Below, in pieces: positions 59,471 to 64,000 of a DNA stretch of 64,000 nt. Positions within the stretch are counted from its first letter, which is position 1. Each line of letters begins with the position of its first letter. Source of the stretch: a virus (lineage: Duplodnaviria; Caudoviricetes); the IMG/VR virus record IMGVR_UViG_3300031260_000038, positions 1 to 64,000 of that record; one strand, given 5' to 3'. The translations under genes and the position numbers were made by a program. The notes beneath the pieces were generated by a model. The model was not told where the DNA came from. It ran no database searches and worked only from the letters and a program-made list of their open reading frames with translations.

Positions 59471-61171
59471 CTATCTGTCGAAAAATCTACTTTTTCGCCG
59501 CTGTATTTTTTGTATCATTGGCTGTGTTGTTCTCTTTTGTTTTTTAGTTGCTATAATATAATCTGTTAAATCTGTCGTTTTTCTTTCAACGCTATACTTA
59601 AAAGTTCTTATAAACCATATCCCATAAGCGGTAGCCGCCCAACGGTCTTTGTCTATCTTGCTTAAATTTTTAACAACAGAATAACCTTTGCCAGCACCAT
59701 TTTGTTTAAGCTTCAAGTTTGAAACTTCTTCTATAAACAAATCAGTATTAAGATATGGTAAGACTTTTTCTTCGTAGCCCGCACCTGTAGCGACATCATA
59801 TTCATTTAAATTCTTCTGAACAAGCAATCTTAATTGACCACTTTCTACAGCATCAATAAAAGAAACAATAACATCTGTATTAGCACTTTGCGGCTTCAAG
59901 TCAAACATAACTCTCACATAGTTATTTGTATCAGGTTTTGCTTCTGTATTAAAAGTAACAAAACAAGGATAAACTTTACCATTATCATCTTTTGACTCTT
60001 TTAATAATTCATCTCTTAGTCCATTACCAAGACCATTAGAATCAATAATAACAGCCGAACAGTTAAATCCAAAGAACAATTGTTTGGTATATAATGCAAG
60101 TTCAGTAAAAGTAGCTGTGCCAGATAAAACAAACATGTTGACTAAATCTATATGTTTTAACATACCAGATTCATCTCTAATTGCTTCTAGTATAGCCAAA
60201 GCATTTTGGTTATTATTGTCTTTTTCTGAACGAGCAACGTCAACCGCCAAATAAAGTTCTCTATTATCTTTATTGTCAAATAGTGGCAACTCTAATTTTC
60301 TGCTGTTGAATAATTTATTAGGACTTACAAGACTACCATCGCCCGCTCCCGCCCATATAGAATCATAATTCTGAGCAAAAGACAAGGCTGAATTTTCTTC
60401 TTTTTTCTTTAACATTTGCTCTTTTGTTGGGCCTCTGCCAAACCAACAAGCAAGTTGCCAATCTGCTGTCATAACAAATCTACCATTAAGTTCTGCCATG
60501 TCATCTATCATACCATTAAGTCTTATAAATTCGTCTGAACCCCTAAACCCCGCTGTTGTAAAAAAGTTTATTTGACCATTAAGTTCATAAGGATTTTTAA
60601 TTCCTAATTTACCAGTAGTTCTTCTAGGCATTGCAGGAATAGGCTCAAGCACATCTAAAAACAATTCATTGTTTAAAAGAGCGCTCTCTTCTATATTTAA
60701 CCTGTGTCTACGTTGACCCTTAGATGTTTGAGCATTAGCAAGAATACTTATTGTAGAGTTGTTGTATAGCGTTACATTAATTTCGTTCTTGTCTATTTTT
60801 AATTTTCTAATTTCATTATTAAGAATAGGCCAATATCTCTTTATCTCCATTATTTTAGCACCTAAAATAGATGCCGCATTTTCTTTAGTTTGAGCAGACA
60901 TAGCCAAATCAACATTAGGATAAAAAATAGCTATCAAAAACATAGCTAAAGCTTCTAAAAACGTCTTTGACCAAGACCTAGGCATGACACCATATACAGA
61001 AAAAAATCTAAGTTGTGCTCTAAGAAATACACGTTGGTCAAAGTCTAAAACAATTCTACCTTCATCTGGCGTAATGGCATCTAAAAATAAATCAGGAAAC
61101 CATATACAAAAAGCTCTAAACTTAGCCCAAGACTCATATTGCTTTTTCTCAATATCTAGCAATTCCATCAC
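59471..61171 (-). CDS. terminase large subunit
   Basis: PRSWSKT Walker A variant, GQRRHRLNIEES, LAVDVAR, IDSNGLG, KDRWAA. Confidence 0.9.
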   Translation of the reverse strand: MMELLDIEKKQYESWAKFRAFCIWFPDLFLDAITPDEGRIVLDFDQRVFLRAQLRFFSVYGVMPRSWSKTFLEALAMFLIAIFYPNVDLAMSAQTKENAASILGAKIMEIKRYWPILNNEIRKLKIDKNEINVTLYNNSTISILANAQTSKGQRRHRLNIEESALLNNELFLDVLEPIPAMPRRTTGKLGIKNPYELNGQINFFTTAGFRGSDEFIRLNGMIDDMAELNGRFVMTADWQLACWFGRGPTKEQMLKKKEENSALSFAQNYDSIWAGAGDGSLVSPNKLFNSRKLELPLFDNKDNRELYLAVDVARSEKDNNNQNALAILEAIRDESGMLKHIDLVNMFVLSGTATFTELALYTKQLFFGFNCSAVIIDSNGLGNGLRDELLKESKDDNGKVYPCFVTFNTEAKPDTNNYVRVMFDLKPQSANTDVIVSFIDAVESGQLRLLVQKNLNEYDVATGAGYEEKVLPYLNTDLFIEEVSNLKLKQNGAGKGYSVVKNLSKIDKDRWAATAYGIWFIRTFKYSVERKTTDLTDYIIATKKQKRTTQPMIQKIQRRKSRFFDR

Positions 61172-62214
61172 AACACTTCTTCCGATTCTTCCTGTGAATC
61201 AACTTCTCTATAAGTAATCCACTTTTCTAATCTTTTTCTGTTTTCTTCTGTATTGTCTCCCTTAAAAATATCTTCGCCATACTCTTCTATAAATTTAGCT
61301 TTTTCTTTGTCATAAAATTCATAAATTTCAGGATATGTAATATCGCCCATGCCCTTAACTCTTCTTACTCCATTTATTATCTCAAAAATAGTAAAATCAA
61401 TAGAGTCTTTGGGCTTTAACTGATATTCTTTTATGCAATCCATTAATTCATCGAATTTTTCAACTTCTCTAAACCATTCGCTAAAAGTGTTTTTCCCGCC
61501 TAAATCAGCTTCGGTCATCTGTTTAGGATTAATCTTAGCCGCATCAGCTGTTTTTCTAGCTTCTTCAAACCAAGACTTAGCGTTTATAGATTCATTGTTG
61601 GCTAAAGCAAGTTCGCCTTTAACCTGAAATCTTATATACTCCTTGAGTTTTTCAGTATGAAAAGCCGTTTTTTCAGGATAAGAAGGTCGTAAAATTTCAT
61701 ATTTTTTTTCAAAAGATTCATATTCAACTGGTTTATAACCCCTGCCCCATCTGTCAAGAACTTCTTCTGTAATCTCAAATGGTTTATCCTTTTTTAATAC
61801 TTCTTGAGTATTATCAACTTCATAGCCGCTAAAATCAGAATCATCAAAGCCACCTGATGCAGAATTTCTTCTATTAAGGTTCTTGAAATATTCACCAACA
61901 ACTTCATTGCCACTTTCAAGAGCCTTCTCTACATATTGATAAATAAATGGTTTATCAATAGTTTTCAATAAATCTATAAAATTATCTAAACTAAAATCAC
62001 CATTTTGGTCTTGAGCTTTTTCTTTTAAACAATCTTTACAAATTGTCATTTTGTTTAAGTTAGTAGATTTGTCAGCATAAAAGTTATCTGCTGTCTTTTG
62101 TTTTGTGCAATGTGTACAAGTTAATATCCATTCTTTTTCATTTTGTGGTCTTGAAGGCTTGACCACTTTAGGCGGTTTCACTTTTTTTAATCCTTCAGGT
62201 AAATTGTCAATCAA
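61168..62214 (-). CDS. zinc-finger protein upstream of terminase (possible small subunit)
   Basis: CTHC...ICKDC, IDKPF, WGRGY...Y..F...Y. Confidence 0.5.
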   Translation of the reverse strand: MIDNLPEGLKKVKPPKVVKPSRPQNEKEWILTCTHCTKQKTADNFYADKSTNLNKMTICKDCLKEKAQDQNGDFSLDNFIDLLKTIDKPFIYQYVEKALESGNEVVGEYFKNLNRRNSASGGFDDSDFSGYEVDNTQEVLKKDKPFEITEEVLDRWGRGYKPVEYESFEKKYEILRPSYPEKTAFHTEKLKEYIRFQVKGELALANNESINAKSWFEEARKTADAAKINPKQMTEADLGGKNTFSEWFREVEKFDELMDCIKEYQLKPKDSIDFTIFEIINGVRRVKGMGDITYPEIYEFYDKEKAKFIEEYGEDIFKGDNTEENRKRLEKWITYREVDSQEESEEVL

Positions 62215-62248
62215 GTCTTCTCACTTCCTTTTTTTCATTAAAAAAAGA

Positions 62249-62392
62249 TTAGCCTTGTTTGGCTAACCTTTTAGTTTTGGCTTTCTCAAGCCGCTTTTTA
62301 ATTTTTTCTGCTTTTCTAAGTTTATTTATTTCTCGTCTGCCTTCTATTTTATACTTACTATACTTGTCTTTTGTCTTTTTGTTTTTTGCCAT
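62249..62392 (-). CDS. highly basic 47-aa peptide (not in ORF track)
   Basis: RBS AAAGGA, MAKNKKTKDKYSKYKIEGRREINKLRK... Confidence 0.5.
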   Translation of the reverse strand: MAKNKKTKDKYSKYKIEGRREINKLRKAEKIKKRLEKAKTKRLAKQG

Positions 62393-62456
62393 ATATAACA
62401 CAATCCTTTCATTCATCTATATGCACCGAATATTATACAACATTTGATGCTAATTT

Positions 62457-62531
62457 TGGAGGTCACATTCGGAATTGAACCGAAATCCAAGCATTACAAG
62501 TGCCTTGTTTTTCCTATTAAACTATACGACC
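62457..62531 (-). tRNA. tRNA-Thr(UGU)
   Basis: Full cloverleaf, anticodon loop CT-TGT-AA, TTCAATT T-loop, encoded CCA. Confidence 0.88.
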
Positions 62532-62577
62532 ATGTTAGCCAATTATTTCTTTGATAGGAAACTGGTAAAACCCCATT

Positions 62578-62651
62578 TGGAGCGGATAGAGAGACTTGAA
62601 CTCTCACAAAAAGTTTGGAAAACTTTTATGCTACCATTACACTACACCCGC
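62578..62651 (-). tRNA. tRNA-Gly(UCC)
   Basis: GCGGGTG acceptor, loop TT-TCC-AA, TTCAAGT T-loop, encoded CCA. Confidence 0.9.
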
Positions 62652-62655
62652 ATAT

Positions 62656-62799
62656 TAGCCACTAGCCGCCGATTCGCTCTAGGCGCATGCCAGATAGTGA
62701 CTGTCCACTTTTCGTTCATCAGAGCCAGAGAATACTACATGTAGTTGTCTCATGAAAGTGGGAACATCTCTGATATATCCACCGCCTGTGCACTGGCTA
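62656..62799 (-). ncRNA. candidate structured RNA between tRNAs
   Basis: Closing TAGCCA/TGGCTA stem, AGGCG/CGCCT stem, crossing 7-bp helices; no ORF on the sense strand. Confidence 0.45.
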
Positions 62800-62886
62800 A
62801 ATGAAAACATACAAAAAAATCATTCATTACTGAAAACTCCGCAGAGCCAGTATTTTGCCATTGTCCGCAGACTTTGACTTAACTGA

Positions 62887-62962
62887 TGGTACTCTGAAAA
62901 GGATTTGAACCTTTGACCTACGCTTTAGAAGAGCGTCACTCTGTCCTCTGAGCTACCAGAGT
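62887..62962 (-). tRNA. tRNA-Arg(UCU)
   Basis: 76 nt, loop CT-TCT-AA, TTCAAAT T-loop, encoded CCA. Confidence 0.92.
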
Positions 62963-62968
62963 ATATTT

Positions 62969-63176
62969 GCAAGGAAAACACCCAACCTTGCTTGTCTAAA
63001 CAGGAATAAAACAGCTTTCACAGCCAAGCCGCCCTATTTGATTAGACTTAATTTTAGTCGAGACTGCTGTGCCAGTCGGTGACTATGGTGATTTATATAA
63101 AAGAGCCTGTAGTCCATAGATACTACAAGTATTCTTTTCATTTGAAGCCGACCTTTTATTAGTCGCATATCGGCTA
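62969..63176 (-). ncRNA. candidate multi-hairpin RNA upstream of tRNA-Arg
   Basis: Four or more 6-bp helices in ~200 non-coding nt. Confidence 0.35.
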
Positions 63177-63192
63177 ACGACAATTATTTAAG

Positions 63193-63999
63193 TTATACTA
63201 TATTGCTATACCAAACATCTCTTAGTCCTGTATTCTCATTCCAAATAAAACACATCATTGTCTTAGAAACGCTTGTGTATGCTTGCTGATGTTCCCAATA
63301 AGAAGCATTACATAATGTTGGCAAATGTCTTACTAAAATTCCACCAACTTCTTTTTCTTCCACTATATTAAGCTTAGTCGCTATAGTTTCAATAGAATGA
63401 AAATGTCCTGCATGAACTTCAGCAAATTCGCTTTGACCATACTCTTGTTTAGCCTGATGCTGTAACCAATGTGGCATATTTTTCTTTGCCAAATCGCCGT
63501 GAGTCCAACCAACCAAGCATTTACCAAAAAGTCTAAACTTATGTGGATTAGGAGAAGTGTCAAAAACAACACTCTTATCTCGTCTGTATGCTTTTTCTAC
63601 AGCCTTCAACAACATTAACCCTGTTACTCTATCATGATTACCCGCCACGTAAATAACTTCTGTAGGGGCAATAGTGGCAATAGTATCAATAAAGTCAATT
63701 ATCATATCCAAAGTAGTTGTAAATATCTTAGATAGCCTACCATCTGTTTGCTGAAATGTTCCCTTAGTTGTTTTCTGCTCTTCATTATCAACATGAAGCA
63801 AATCACCAAGAGTAACTAAAACAATTTTTTTAAAACTTCTACCATTACAGCGGGAAACAATATCCATTGCACATTGCTGAAATCTTTCTTTTACTATTTT
63901 TAAGTCATAATCAGCGCCAGTTTCTTTATTCCACGCCAATAGACCGCTATGTAAGTCTGGTAAACAAATTTCAAGAACTTCGCCGATAGGGTCATACTG
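63193..63999 (-). CDS. calcineurin-like metallophosphoesterase (5' end off window)
   Basis: Frame open to the window end; PDLH, GDLLH.D, GNHD, HGD, GHFH motifs. Confidence 0.85.
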   Translation of the reverse strand, partial: QYDPIGEVLEICLPDLHSGLLAWNKETGADYDLKIVKERFQQCAMDIVSRCNGRSFKKIVLVTLGDLLHVDNEEQKTTKGTFQQTDGRLSKIFTTTLDMIIDFIDTIATIAPTEVIYVAGNHDRVTGLMLLKAVEKAYRRDKSVVFDTSPNPHKFRLFGKCLVGWTHGDLAKKNMPHWLQHQAKQEYGQSEFAEVHAGHFHSIETIATKLNIVEEKEVGGILVRHLPTLCNASYWEHQQAYTSVSKTMMCFIWNENTGLRDVWYSNIV

Positions 64000-64000
64000 T

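Noticed and set aside
62685-62730. Hammerhead-like core CUGAUGA...GAAA on the - strand
   Set aside because: Only 2 nt separate CUGAUGA and GAAA (no stem II), and stems I and III do not pair around any NUH triplet without bulges and mismatches.
62820-62880. GGCAAA motif suggesting a c-di-GMP-I riboswitch
   Set aside because: No GNRA-capped P2 or following GCAAAG/P3 arrangement, and no downstream CDS to regulate.
347-63572. Many 60-150 aa ORFs antisense to, or nested in, long genes in the ORF track
   Set aside because: They fully overlap well-supported genes and lack RBS or motifs; typical shadow ORFs.
1-64000. Stop-codon recoding (alternative genetic code)
   Set aside because: Long genes are intact in code 11 and all three tRNAs have sense anticodons; the only split gene is explained by an intron.

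Overview
AT-rich, phage-like window, most likely part of a large tailed (sipho-type) phage or prophage of an anaerobic Bacillota/Clostridia host (inferred from gene content and consensus TTGACA-17-TATAAT promoters). The left arm (1-25.9 kb, + strand) carries recombination/replication genes (tyrosine recombinase, Sak4-like ATPase, SSB, DnaB, Cas4-like nuclease, DnaE), an RNA-repair trio (Rnl1, PNK-HD, Rnl2-like), nucleotide metabolism (dNMP kinase, HAD nucleotidase, class II RNR split by a 253-nt group I intron, dUTPase, PhoH, ThyX), a Tad2-like anti-Thoeris protein, two TnpB (IS200/IS605) elements and a 154-nt omegaRNA-only mini-element. The right arm (26-64 kb, - strand) is the virion module (terminase, portal, protease, capsid, tail, tape measure, Dit, Tal, endolysin, holin) plus three tRNAs and two candidate structured RNAs. 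The standout feature is a pair of diversity-generating retroelements in tandem (27.2-35.6 kb). Each has its own RT, template repeat and variable tail/receptor-binding gene, and each is followed by a XerC/D-like recombinase. One has no avd gene; the other has a template repeat that itself looks A-mutagenised. A second notable item is a TnpB whose predicted guide comes from a decayed, diverged homologue of the neighbouring nucleotidase gene. All calls come from reading motifs and aligning by hand; no database searches were run.
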